Shown piece after piece: positions 1 to 9,144 of a DNA stretch of 64,000 bases. Source of the DNA: an uncultured cyanobacterium (GTDB lineage Bacteria > Cyanobacteriota > Cyanobacteriia > Phormidesmidales > Phormidesmidaceae); the NCBI GenBank assembly GCA_963793265.1, contig CAWBZI010000004.1, positions 160,001 through 224,000 on the forward strand, given 5' to 3'. How positions within the stretch are numbered: the first letter of the stretch is position 1; every line of letters begins with the position of its first letter. Both the position numbers and the translations under genes were made by a program. The notes beneath the pieces are model-generated. The model worked only from the letters and a program-made list of their open reading frames with translations. It had not been told where the DNA came from and made no database searches.

Positions 1-1583
1 CAGGCGGCTTCGCTCCATGCCAAAATCTCTTGAATTTCATCCACAGTGAGATCTTTTCTTTCTTCTAAGGCTTTTTGCCAGCCGGGTTTATCCCAAAGCG
101 TTTCTAGCTCTGAGATGTCCGGTAGATCGGAAGGGTGAGGCAGCGATTTCAAGCCGCTGCTGATAATATGTGTGAGGTCTTTTGCTATCTGTACGGGATG
201 AAAAGCGGCTTTGTTTTGTTTTTGTAGGTAGCAGGCAATCTGAGCCTTAAGCTTTTCTGTTAGGGTTTGAGCTTCGTGAACGGAGGGTATTAAGATTTCT
301 TGCCATTCAATAGACTGTACGGACGCTTCTAAGGCGTGCTGAACTTTCTTAGGATATGATTCTGCTGCGCTTTCTGTCGGTGCGTGCTCTGGTTGCTGTT
401 CCTGCTGCTCGTTTTGCTGTTCTTTGGGCCATGTCGACTCTAGAACATCTATGAGTTCCTGTTTTTTCTCTTCTGCTAAGTTTTGCCGTTTGGATAAGAC
501 TGCTTCGATAGCGCCTACGTCTATTTGAATGTCGCTGAGCGTATCGACACTATGTTCTTCTTTTTGAGATTCTATTTTATCGACTAAGTTAGCGGGTGTG
601 AGCAAGTCTGTGTTGGTGTAGCGGCAGTAAGACAGTAGCTTTCTCTGCATCGCTTTGGCCGCGACTGTTTGTTTGGCTGGTTGTTTTGAATGCTGTGCTA
701 GATGGTTTTGCTGGTGTTCCTCATCTGTGCTCTCTTCGTGTGTGTTCTGGTCACTTTCACTTTGTAGAAACGAAGGTAGCTGCTGATATACCAAATCTTC
801 TACTTCTGAGAGATCTACCTGTTCGAGAACTTGCTGTGAAAGCTGCTGCCAGCTCGGCAAGTCAAGAGCTGACTCAAGCTTTGAGATCATGCTAGATGAG
901 TATATGGCAGGTGAATAGGACGGTGCTGAGGGCTTATCAGGTTCTTTGGTAGGGGCGATGTCGGTGAGGATGGTTTCTGTTTGATTAGGGGATAGGCGGG
1001 TGCGATCGCTAATTTCTGCAACCAGCGCTTCCCTTTGGCTAGCTAGTAGCGCAGGCAGTGCCTGCTGAGCATCTGTAACCTGTGATAGCTCTGCGGCTAA
1101 TGCTTGCAGCATAGACTGCTCTGATGGTTCGTTCTCAGGCGCGTTGGATGATGGTTTAAGCGCTGAGAATACTTGTTTGATGCTGGCGATCGCGCCGCCC
1201 AAAAGTGAATCTACAATACCTGCGATTGTCGTGGTGCCGAGCCAGGTGAGCAACAGCCAATAGGTCGCCCAGTAGATAAGGCCAAAGATAATGCCCTGTC
1301 GGGGGCTGATGATGAGGCTGAAGTCTGTGGAGAGAAAAGCCGTGATGAAAATGATGCTGGAAAGACCTAAGGCTATGCCGAAGCCAATCAGGTGGGTGAT
1401 GGGTAGCGAAAATTTTGACTGAGAGGGTTTGGTGGCTGCTGCGTTTGAAGCTTGGCCGGTGTTACCTTTGGCGGGTGATAGATCAAGGACGGTGAGGCCA
1501 AGGGCGATGCCTAAGCTGGCGAGCAGGAGTTGGAGGATGAGTGCGATCACGAGTCCGCCGACCAAAGAAAAAACGAATATCAT
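1..1583 (-). CDS. Large cyanobacterial membrane-anchored, helical-repeat hypothetical protein; 3' end runs off the window; missing from the ORF track
   Basis: ATG at 1583 reads MIFVFSLVGGLVIALILQLLLASLGIALGLTVLD, followed by further hydrophobic segments. The same frame near base 1 reads ELETLWDKPGWQKALEERKDLTVDEIQEILAWSEAA. I checked both ends but not every codon in between. Confidence 0.8.
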   Translation of the reverse strand, partial: MIFVFSLVGGLVIALILQLLLASLGIALGLTVLDLSPAKGNTGQASNAAATKPSQSKFSLPITHLIGFGIALGLSSIIFITAFLSTDFSLIISPRQGIIFGLIYWATYWLLLTWLGTTTIAGIVDSLLGGAIASIKQVFSALKPSSNAPENEPSEQSMLQALAAELSQVTDAQQALPALLASQREALVAEISDRTRLSPNQTETILTDIAPTKEPDKPSAPSYSPAIYSSSMISKLESALDLPSWQQLSQQVLEQVDLSEVEDLVYQQLPSFLQSESDQNTHEESTDEEHQQNHLAQHSKQPAKQTVAAKAMQRKLLSYCRYTNTDLLTPANLVDKIESQKEEHSVDTLSDIQIDVGAIEAVLSKRQNLAEEKKQELIDVLESTWPKEQQNEQQEQQPEHAPTESAAESYPKKVQHALEASVQSIEWQEILIPSVHEAQTLTEKLKAQIACYLQKQNKAAFHPVQIAKDLTHIISSGLKSLPHPSDLPDISELETLWDKPGWQKALEERKDLTVDEIQEILAWSEAA

Positions 1584-1715
1584 CTTTCGCCCAGCTCACA
1601 TCCTACTTAGAATAGAGAGCTACGGGCGGGCCAGTCATCTATCAGGAGGACTGTTTTGCGATTGTGTATGGGCTAGATAGGTAGCACGTTTCAACTATGA
1701 GTATAGAGATGAACT

Positions 1716-2204
1716 ATGAACAGATACTATGCGTGGATTGCAGGTGGATTATCAATTGCTTTAGCGCTATGCGGACAAGCCAATGCGCAAGTGTCAGACA
1801 TTCCGTCTGCTGATAGGCATGGTAATTTTAACTCGGCAATTATAAGGGGTAATCGTGGGCTGCTTGGTAACCATCATTGGCTATTGATGGCCCAGCCAGA
1901 CGGCTTTCTGAACTGTCGCACTACCCCAAACGGTACAGTTAGATCGGTGATTGTGCCGGGTGCTATTATTACCGCTAAGTTTAGTGGCCCACTTAAGCTA
2001 GACGGCGGGCAAACGCCTAACCCTGCTGCCGATGCGATCGCCACTCATAACGGCAGGCCCTGGCTACGCATTACCGGAACACAAAGCGCCCTGATTCTTC
2101 CACCTCCAAGGAACCGCTATCGTCAGAACTATATAGGAGAGTGCTATGTAAGAGCAAATTCCCAATATATTGTTCCAGTCAACAACGATGTGGAACTGCA
2201 ATAG
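1716..2204 (+). CDS. Secreted hypothetical protein, possibly SH3b-like
   Basis: Signal peptide ending in ANA; LNCRTTPNG motif; 162-aa ORF. Confidence 0.7.
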   Translation: MNRYYAWIAGGLSIALALCGQANAQVSDIPSADRHGNFNSAIIRGNRGLLGNHHWLLMAQPDGFLNCRTTPNGTVRSVIVPGAIITAKFSGPLKLDGGQTPNPAADAIATHNGRPWLRITGTQSALILPPPRNRYRQNYIGECYVRANSQYIVPVNNDVELQ

Positions 2205-2275
2205 TTAAACAAAACGACAGTTCGCTATAGTAGGCAATGAGTTGTTGGGTATAGAGTGCTTGTATGGTTGACCTG

Positions 2276-2693
2276 CCGGATGGGCGTGCAAGAACGATCG
2301 TAAGTCGTGGCATAGCTAATCGACGTATGAAACGCTACGCAGAAGCGATCGTTGACTTTGATCGACTGGTAGAACTTAGTCCAGAAGATAAAAGGACAAT
2401 TGCATGTCGTGGCACAAGCTATTAAGTTTGCTCAGGAAGCTTATCAATCCGATTTTCCAGATTATCAAAATACTTGTGTCATAGCGATTTTTCATCTTAC
2501 CGCTGGCAACATCTCTCAATCCAAGCATTTATATCAGAATGCTTTAGCGAACAAACCTATAGCTGAACCTATCAAATATGCCATTGGCAACTTAAAAGAT
2601 TTGCTTACTGTGCTGCCTAATTTCCCTAATGCTGAGAACCTACGCAATTACTTACAAGCTGCTCTATTAAAGGAAACTAATGATCTGAATTGA
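2276..2693 (+). pseudogene. Remnant of a TPR-repeat protein gene (5' truncated, frame-broken)
   Basis: One frame reads RTIVSRGIANRRMKRYAEAIVDFDRLVELSPEDKRTIACRGTSY* (TPR consensus). A different frame (ORF 2400-2693) continues with a helical C-terminal cap, AIKFAQEAYQ...IAIFHLTAGNISQSKHLYQNAL. Confidence 0.65.
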
Positions 2694-2752
2694 GCATTTT
2701 GCGGCGTTAGGGAGCTGCGCTCAAATAAAGTACCGGCAAACCGACAAATATT

Positions 2753-2827
2753 GCCCTGGGCATAGCGTGCTAAGCCCCTACGTCACCGTCAATTTCTGTA
2801 GGGGCTTAGCACTGCTATGCCCGAGGC
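2753..2827. repeat. Inverted pair of GTAG-family REP-like elements (REPIN-like)
   Basis: GGGCATAGCGTGCTAAGCCCCTAC ... GTAGGGGCTTAGCACTGCTATGCCC form a long imperfect inverted repeat. Confidence 0.75.
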
Positions 2828-2923
2828 AATGAACAGCGCTATCAGCGGTACTTTATTTAGACGCATGTCCCTTATCTATTCGCGTAGGCTGAGCAGTTAT
2901 GTAATTGTGTCTGGGCTATGCCT

Positions 2924-3112
2924 ACTTTTTATAACAACTTATGCTTTTTGGTTAGGCGATCGCACTCCTCCCAAACCAACTTTCACTATTCCCTCAAGAG
3001 TAAACATACTTATCGCAGCAGCTTTCACTGATTGATTAAGCGATCGCACTCCTCCCAAACCAACTTTCACTCTCTTGCAATCAACTAACACTCCTCTCCT
3101 AACAACAAAAAC
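2924..3112. repeat. Degenerate 21-bp-period tandem array (about 9 units), including an exact 32-bp direct repeat at 2956 and 3040
   Basis: Units cut every 21 nt mostly end in CAC/CAT/AAC. The unit TCCTCCCAAACCAACTTTCAC occurs twice, 84 bp apart. Confidence 0.75.
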
Positions 3113-3311
3113 TTCTTTATTTGTTGCAAAGCAATCAATATTTAGGCGCATCCTCATCTGAGCATCCTAAAACTTCTGTACTTTCACTGAACAGCAGATG
3201 TGCTTTATGTTCATCCTTACGGGCATATTGATCACAAGAAAGATAACAGACCGCCGCAAGGCAAAGAATTCTCTTTTTTGATAATTTACAACATATGCAG
3301 AGAGGTGAATT

Positions 3312-3680
3312 GTGCCAAGAAGAAAGAAAACATCTCAAATTCTACCTAAAGCCGTTAAGCGCCTGTCCGGTGTGAAGTCCATCAACGAAAAGCTTGACCT
3401 TGGCAACGGCATTACGGCCACTTCTTTTGCCAAAGAGATTGAAATCCTTCGTCAGAAAGTAGATGCTTACAACACGCTACTTTCTAAAGTAGATGCGGCT
3501 TCTAACGAGATAAAGCAGGCCGAAAAGAAAGTGCTGCTCACCTCTAAAAACGTACTTAAAGGCGTCGCAATTAAGTACGGCGACGATAGCAACGAGTACG
3601 AAATGGTCGGAGGCACCCGCACTACTGAGCGGCGTCGGCGTCGGGTGATTCCGTCAGCGGTAGAGACGGCCATTGTGTAG
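3312..3680 (+). CDS. Conserved uncharacterised helical, basic protein
   Basis: GAGG RBS before the GTG; motifs LDLGNG, AYNTLLS and KYGDDSNEYEMVGG; Arg-rich tail; terminator follows. Confidence 0.85.
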   Translation: MPRRKKTSQILPKAVKRLSGVKSINEKLDLGNGITATSFAKEIEILRQKVDAYNTLLSKVDAASNEIKQAEKKVLLTSKNVLKGVAIKYGDDSNEYEMVGGTRTTERRRRRVIPSAVETAIV

Positions 3681-3726
3681 CGATCGCGACGGCTTTTCCT
3701 TTTATGCGTGGTAAGTAACTTTAATC

Positions 3727-3755
3727 AGGAGGTGGCAGTAGTCACCTCCTTTTTT
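3727..3755 (+). terminator. Intrinsic terminator
   Basis: AGGAGGTGGC-AGTA-GTCACCTCCT followed by a T-run. Confidence 0.75.
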
Positions 3756-4021
3756 CATGCTTTTGCCTTTACGCCAAAGTAACAGGCGGCGCAATGCCCA
3801 ATCCGAATGACCCAGGGTTGAGCGTCAGCGTTTCTCTTAAATAACCTATTCGTTGCAGGTAAAACATTTTCTGCAACCTCAAAGTTTCCGGTTTCAATAT
3901 CAATCGCTACAATGTTGCCTTTATTCCCGGCTTCAACTTTCTGCCGAATCTCAGATTCATACAGTGCTTGTCCACGTCTAGCTAGTTCTTCCTTGCTGTG
4001 GCGTCGCTGTCGAGGTTCCAT
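3755..4021 (-). CDS. Small DUF5678-like protein (putative antitoxin-type)
   Basis: Pattern ARRGQALYE...GNIVAIDIETGNFEV...WVIRIG. Confidence 0.65.
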   Translation of the reverse strand: MEPRQRRHSKEELARRGQALYESEIRQKVEAGNKGNIVAIDIETGNFEVAENVLPATNRLFKRNADAQPWVIRIGHCAACYFGVKAKA

Positions 4022-4126
4022 AACTTAAACGCAAATAGATTCTATACCTAACTTAAGCATTCTATCAGATGCATTCAGTCCCCCAGCTCCTGCCTGTGCC
4101 GCTTGCAGACTACGTGCAAGCTATCT

Positions 4127-4167
4127 AATAAAGGCGGGTTGTCCATTTTCAATCAGGATCAACCCGC
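4127..4167 (-). terminator. Probable terminator of the 4174-4479 gene
   Basis: GCGGGTT...AACCCGC stem, followed on the minus strand by CTTTATT. Confidence 0.55.
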
Positions 4168-4173
4168 ACTGTG

Positions 4174-4479
4174 CTAAATCAGTCTTCGCAACAAGCTGAT
4201 AGCCTCCCCTGGTTCAGGCGTAATGACAAGGGGCTCGGTTACGTTCAAGATGGGTGTCCACAGGACGGTTTCGGCGTAGTGCAGTGTGTGTAATAGGTGG
4301 ATGGTTTGGCGTATGACTCTGGGGGAGCCTAGTAGAATGTGTCGTAGCGGTTCTCGTGGTTGGTTGCCTTCTGGACTGCTTTCTAGTCGCTGCTGAGGTA
4401 GCGCTAAAGAGGTTGGTGAAGCACCGGGAAATAGGTCAGCAGTGAGCGGATGATTAGTCGTGAAAGTCTTTGTTTTCAT
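4174..4479 (-). CDS. Conserved cyanobacterial hypothetical protein (REPLRHILLGS family)
   Basis: Motif REPLRHILLGSPRVIRQTIHLLHTLHYAE...W; the likely start is ATG 4479, after the structured leader. Confidence 0.75.
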   Translation of the reverse strand: MKTKTFTTNHPLTADLFPGASPTSLALPQQRLESSPEGNQPREPLRHILLGSPRVIRQTIHLLHTLHYAETVLWTPILNVTEPLVITPEPGEAISLLRRLI

Positions 4480-4740
4480 GGGTTTTCCATGTTGTGGTTT
4501 AGAAAAACCTATGAAAAACTTAGCCCCCCTAACTTGCCAAAAGTCAGGGGGGCTGTGGCATGATAGCCACAACTCCTCTCACTGGTGTTGTCAGTGTTAG
4601 GGGCGAGCTGTCAGCGTTGGGCCCTAATCCAATGCTGACGGCGACTAAATTTTTCAAGGCGGTTGAGCTACTGCGTAACTTTTCAGCACGTAGTAACCGT
4701 AAAGCTAGCCTATCAGTACGGTTTCAGAACCGTCAACTAT
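4480..4740 (-). promoter_or_regulatory. Sigma70-like promoter plus a structured leader / candidate ncRNA containing an internal terminator
   Basis: Minus strand reads TTGACG-N18-TAGGCT with a palindromic spacer. Hairpins lie at about 4610-4640, 4572-4602 and 4522-4554; the last is followed by T-runs. Confidence 0.55.
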
Positions 4741-4816
4741 TTGACATGAAACCTTGATAAATACGCAGGTGACTTCGTAAAACACTTTCAGCTTACTTGC
4801 GTAGCTTTCATACTGT

Positions 4817-5821
4817 TCAAACGTCTACTCCTTCATCCATTTCTCCCTCAAACAAAGTCTCTAAAGGACTCGCCTCTATATTCATCTCTTCAGTAATATA
4901 TCGAGACAGAACATCGTTTTGACCATGCGTGACATACACGTTCTTTGCTTTGGTCTGCTTCACCGTCTTAATCAGTCCCGGCCAGTCGGCATGGTCAGAA
5001 AGAACAAAGCCGCGTTCGTAGCCGCGTCGTCTGCGGGCTCCACGTACGGCCATCCAGCCAGAGGCAAAGGCAGTTTGGGGGCGTTTGAAGCGCTTCATCC
5101 AGCTTGAGCGATGGCCGGAAGGAGGGGCAATGATCAAATCGCCTGCGAATTTGTGGGATTTTTCCATTTCGGAGACGGGGACGGTCGGTACCATTTTGAT
5201 GCCGACCTCGCGGTAGATTTCGGTGAGGTGGTGAACTGCGCCGTGGAGGTAGACGGTTTTATCAGTGAACTTGGTGAGTTCGGCTAAGACGCGCTGGGAT
5301 TTGCCAAAGGCGTAGCAAAATAGCAAGGAAGGTCGGGTGAGGTCGCCCTGCCACCAGCTGTAGATTTCTTCGGCGGTGATTTCGCCGCTGTCCCAGTGGT
5401 AGATGGGCAGGCCAAAGGTGGCTTCGGTGATGAAGCTGTCGCATTCAACCACTTCAAAGGGCTCGCACGAAGGATCGAGATCGCGCTTGTAGTCGCCTGA
5501 GACGGCCCACACTTCGCCCTTGTGCTCTACGCGAATTTGGGCTGAGCCGAGGACGTGACCGGCTGAGTGAAAGGATATCCAGGTGTCGCCGAGCTTAATT
5601 TTTTCGCCGTAGGTGACGCCGTTAAGATCAATGTCTTGACCGAGGCGGCGGCGTAAAATGCCTTCGGAGATGGCGGTGGCGTAGTAGTGCTGGTGGCCGC
5701 TGTAGGCGTGGTCGGCATGGGCGTGGGTGATGAGGGCTGTTTCTACGGGTTTCCAAGGGTCGATGTAGAAGTTGCCGACTTCGCAGTAAAGACCTTCGGG
5801 GCGGACGGTGATGAGTGGCAT
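4817..5821 (-). CDS. Ligase-associated DNA damage response exonuclease (metallo-beta-lactamase/beta-CASP)
   Basis: Motifs THAHADH, AGHVLGSA, SGDYK, TEATFG, SDHADW and VTHG. Confidence 0.9.
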   Translation of the reverse strand: MPLITVRPEGLYCEVGNFYIDPWKPVETALITHAHADHAYSGHQHYYATAISEGILRRRLGQDIDLNGVTYGEKIKLGDTWISFHSAGHVLGSAQIRVEHKGEVWAVSGDYKRDLDPSCEPFEVVECDSFITEATFGLPIYHWDSGEITAEEIYSWWQGDLTRPSLLFCYAFGKSQRVLAELTKFTDKTVYLHGAVHHLTEIYREVGIKMVPTVPVSEMEKSHKFAGDLIIAPPSGHRSSWMKRFKRPQTAFASGWMAVRGARRRRGYERGFVLSDHADWPGLIKTVKQTKAKNVYVTHGQNDVLSRYITEEMNIEASPLETLFEGEMDEGVDV

Positions 5822-5959
5822 TTAGAGACGATGTGTGAGCGGTAAGGGGGCGACGGCTGGAACGCAGTTGTGAAGTCAACTTTGGTTGATTTCACCAAAT
5901 GAATAGCGGGAATGATGAACGTGGCTCTTTGCTTACTTTAACAACTTTTAATAACGGCT

Positions 5960-8092
5960 ATGCACCCTTCTTTGTCTACTGAGATAGACCCGCTCTGTGT
6001 CTTTCAAGCGCTTTGGCAAAATGAAATGGTGGGCTACGCTGTTTTAGAAGTGATAGAGACGCCGCCTGAAGACTTGCCGCCTGAAGGCTTGCCGCCTGAA
6101 GACTTGCCGCCTGAAGAATTTCGCTTTTTGAGCTTGAATGAGGCGATCGCGCATTCCGGCCTATTAAATGGCTCTTGCTCAATAGACCAACCGCTCTCTG
6201 CTGCGCTCTTACCACAAATTTCACAGCCGTTTTATCACTACTGTCATCAATGCCTCGAGACTCAAAAAACTGTTCAATTTGAAGTTTGTCTACCGGCATC
6301 ATCGGAGACGGCACTCTCAAGAGCAGTAACAAAGTGGTGGCAAATAAACGCTCATCCAATCGTTCGAGAGCGCCAGCTTGACTTAGATCCAGAATTAAAA
6401 TCTAAGCAGGTGGTTGATCAAATCGTCTTAACGGCTACAGATATCAGCGAGCATAAGCAGAGCCGCCTGCTGGCTATTATCGAATCAACACCAGATTTGG
6501 TCGGGATTGCAGACGCACAGGGCAACTGCGTTTATCTTAATAAGGCAGGTCGAGAGATTGTTGGATTCTCTGAGCACGAGGCAGTTAGATTTCAGATTGG
6601 TCAAACAATGCCGCCTGAGCAAAGAGAGACTTTTGCAACGACCGTTTTGCCACAGGCGATCGCCCAAGGAAGCTATTCTAGTGAGTCTATTTTATTGACT
6701 CGCACAGGCAAAGAACTGCCGGTTTCTCAGGTCTTTATGATACATAAAGATGAGTCGGGCGCGATTGCGTATATGTCTGTGATTATGAGAGATATTCGTG
6801 AGCTTAAGGCGGTTGAGGCGAGATTGCGCGATCGCGAACAGTTCTTAAGCAGCGTTTATGCCGGTGCAGATATTGCCATTTTTTCTTGGGACTTAGTAAG
6901 AGAACGACCCGGTAAGCTGAGATGCTCTGGCTGGAATCCAACCTGTGAAGCCTCTACAGGCTTAAGTGCCGACTTTGTTCTAGGTAAAGCCCCCTACGAA
7001 GTATTCGGCCCAGAGCAAGGGGCGATTATTGCGAAAAACAATCTTCAATGTGCCGCACAAAAACAATCAATGTGCTACGAGGAAGAAATTATTATCAACG
7101 ACTCTCCTACCTGGTGGGCAACTAAGCTAAATCCTATTCAAGATAGCGATGGGCAGATTTATCGCGTGGTTGGAACCACCACTAATATTACCGAACTCAA
7201 ACTGAATACTATCGAGCTTGAAGCGTACAGCCAGCGACAAACCCAGCAGACTGAAGAATTAACAACTGCGCTGTTACAGCTTAAGCGCACGCAGGCGCAG
7301 ATGATTCACAGCGAGAAAATGTCGAGCTTAGGTCAAATGGTCGCAGGCGTCGCCCACGAGATTAACAATCCAGTGAACTTTATTCACGCCAATATTAAGC
7401 CTGCTAGAACCTACGCTGCTGAGCTGATAGAACTCATCGAGAGCTACCAGCAAGCCTATCCTCAGCCTACGCCTGCACTAGCAGACCTGCTGGAGAACCT
7501 GGACTTTGAATTTATTAAAAAAGACTTTTTAGACCTGCTGGGCTCTATGAAAAGTGGCACTCAGCGAATCAGAGAAATTGTGCTCTCGCTGCGTAATTTT
7601 TCCAGGCTAGACGAGGCTGATATTAAAGCGGTTAATTTGCATGAAGGCATTGACAGTACGCTGGTAATTTTGGCCCATAAGCTTAAAGAAAATGCGACGC
7701 ATAGCATGGTTAAAATTGAAAAAGACTACCAGCCAATGCCGCTAGTGGAGTGCTACCCTAGCCAGCTCAATCAGGTGGTGATGAATATTGTGTCCAACTC
7801 GATTGACGCTTTGCAAGATGCGCGCGATCCGAAGATTACGATTTCAGTTTGTGCGCGTGATGACCAAGCATTCATTACCATTTCAGATAACGGAGCAGGA
7901 ATGCCTGAGTCTGTACGAGCCCGAATCTTTGATCCTTTTTTTACAACAAAGCCGGTTGGCCAGGGTACGGGTATGGGGCTTTCTATTTGCTATCAAATCG
8001 TGACGGAAAAACACGGTGGTAAACTTTTGGTGAATTCCGATCCAGAGCGAGGTACGCAGTTTATCATTCAGATTCCACTAAAGCAGTCCTGA
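5960..8092 (+). CDS. Multi-PAS sensor histidine kinase
   Basis: PAS/PAC repeats; H-box [10 protein letters not shown]1, F and G2 boxes. Confidence 0.93.
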   Translation: MHPSLSTEIDPLCVFQALWQNEMVGYAVLEVIETPPEDLPPEGLPPEDLPPEEFRFLSLNEAIAHSGLLNGSCSIDQPLSAALLPQISQPFYHYCHQCLETQKTVQFEVCLPASSETALSRAVTKWWQINAHPIVRERQLDLDPELKSKQVVDQIVLTATDISEHKQSRLLAIIESTPDLVGIADAQGNCVYLNKAGREIVGFSEHEAVRFQIGQTMPPEQRETFATTVLPQAIAQGSYSSESILLTRTGKELPVSQVFMIHKDESGAIAYMSVIMRDIRELKAVEARLRDREQFLSSVYAGADIAIFSWDLVRERPGKLRCSGWNPTCEASTGLSADFVLGKAPYEVFGPEQGAIIAKNNLQCAAQKQSMCYEEEIIINDSPTWWATKLNPIQDSDGQIYRVVGTTTNITELKLNTIELEAYSQRQTQQTEELTTALLQLKRTQAQMIHSEKMSSLGQMVAGVAHEINNPVNFIHANIKPARTYAAELIELIESYQQAYPQPTPALADLLENLDFEFIKKDFLDLLGSMKSGTQRIREIVLSLRNFSRLDEADIKAVNLHEGIDSTLVILAHKLKENATHSMVKIEKDYQPMPLVECYPSQLNQVVMNIVSNSIDALQDARDPKITISVCARDDQAFITISDNGAGMPESVRARIFDPFFTTKPVGQGTGMGLSICYQIVTEKHGGKLLVNSDPERGTQFIIQIPLKQS
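6061..6120 (+). repeat. 15-bp in-frame tandem repeat x4 ([10 protein letters not shown])
   Basis: GCCGCCTGAAGACTT-type unit repeated four times. Confidence 0.9.
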
Positions 8093-8192
8093 CGATACGC
8101 GATGGCACTTTAAATGACATTTTAGTACGGCTGCTTTTGGGTTTGCTCATCTGGTTTGTCTGCACGGGAAATTTCCCTGTATTATCGGTCTT

Positions 8193-9110
8193 ATGGCGGA
8201 GATTAATGTCAATCGAATTAAGCTGTCTCAGCTGCGGGCGCTAGTGGCGATCGCACGCACGGGCACATTCAGCGATGCGGCGGCAAAGCTAGAGCTTTCG
8301 CAGTCGGCAGTCAGTCATGCGATCGCAACGCTCGAAGATGAACTGGGCGTGAGCCTGCTGAGCCGAGGCCGTCAGGGCGCGGTGCTGACGCCGGTAGGGC
8401 AAGAGATTACCGCTGAAGCGACGAAGATGCTTTCTTTGCTTAAGGTAATTGGGCGTAGGGCTCAAGATGCCAAGGGTTTGCAGGCCGGGCTGGTGCGCGT
8501 GGTCGGCTTTCGCAGCGTTGCGACACACGTGCTGCCAGTGGTGATTGAGGAGTTTCGTAAACAGTATCCGGGGATTAGCGTTTCGATTGGCGAGGGCAAT
8601 GATGTCCGGGGGGCCGAGGAGATTTTGCGCCGGGGCGAGGCGGATGTGGGCTTTACCTATTTGCCAGTGAACGATGCGTTTGATGCGTGGGAGCTGTTTC
8701 GTGACGACTATGTGGCGCTGCTGCCTAAAGACAAAGCGCCTGAGGGCGAGGGGCCTTTGACGTGGGATGAGCTGATGGCGCTGCCGCTGATTTTGCCACT
8801 GCCGGACGATGGCTGTCGGTATAATGTGGATCAGTATTTGATGAAGCATGACCGGGCGATCGCACCTGCCTATGAAGTCAAAGAAGACTCCACGGTGGTG
8901 AGCATGGTGCGCCGGGGGTTGGGCGCGACAATTATTGCCCAGCTCGCTGCCGAACCGATTCCTGATGATGTGGTGGTGCGATCGCTGCCCGAGCCTTTGC
9001 AGCGAGTGATCGGAGTGATCACACTGGCCGACGCCCTGCAAACGCCGCCCGTGTTTGCCTTTTTAGATACGCTCAAAGAGACATGGAAGCAGAAACCTGC
9101 GATTATCTAA
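8193..9110 (+). CDS. LysR-family transcriptional regulator
   Basis: N-terminal HTH FSDAAAKLELSQSAVSHAIATLEDELG plus substrate-binding domain. Confidence 0.95.
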   Translation: MAEINVNRIKLSQLRALVAIARTGTFSDAAAKLELSQSAVSHAIATLEDELGVSLLSRGRQGAVLTPVGQEITAEATKMLSLLKVIGRRAQDAKGLQAGLVRVVGFRSVATHVLPVVIEEFRKQYPGISVSIGEGNDVRGAEEILRRGEADVGFTYLPVNDAFDAWELFRDDYVALLPKDKAPEGEGPLTWDELMALPLILPLPDDGCRYNVDQYLMKHDRAIAPAYEVKEDSTVVSMVRRGLGATIIAQLAAEPIPDDVVVRSLPEPLQRVIGVITLADALQTPPVFAFLDTLKETWKQKPAII

Positions 9111-9144
9111 TACTGGTAAGACGTTGATTTTTGAAGGAACCCCC

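Noticed and set aside
686..1680. Plus-strand ORFs 686-895 and 1429-1680
   Set aside because: They lie antisense to the long minus-strand membrane protein gene starting at 1583.
2956..3071. Two identical 32-bp repeats with a 52-bp spacer, resembling a mini-CRISPR
   Set aside because: Only two copies, no cas genes in the window, and the spacer itself follows the 21-bp periodicity, so it is part of a tandem array.
8289..9041. 250-aa antisense ORF
   Set aside because: It is the shadow of the LysR gene on the opposite strand and has no recognisable motifs.
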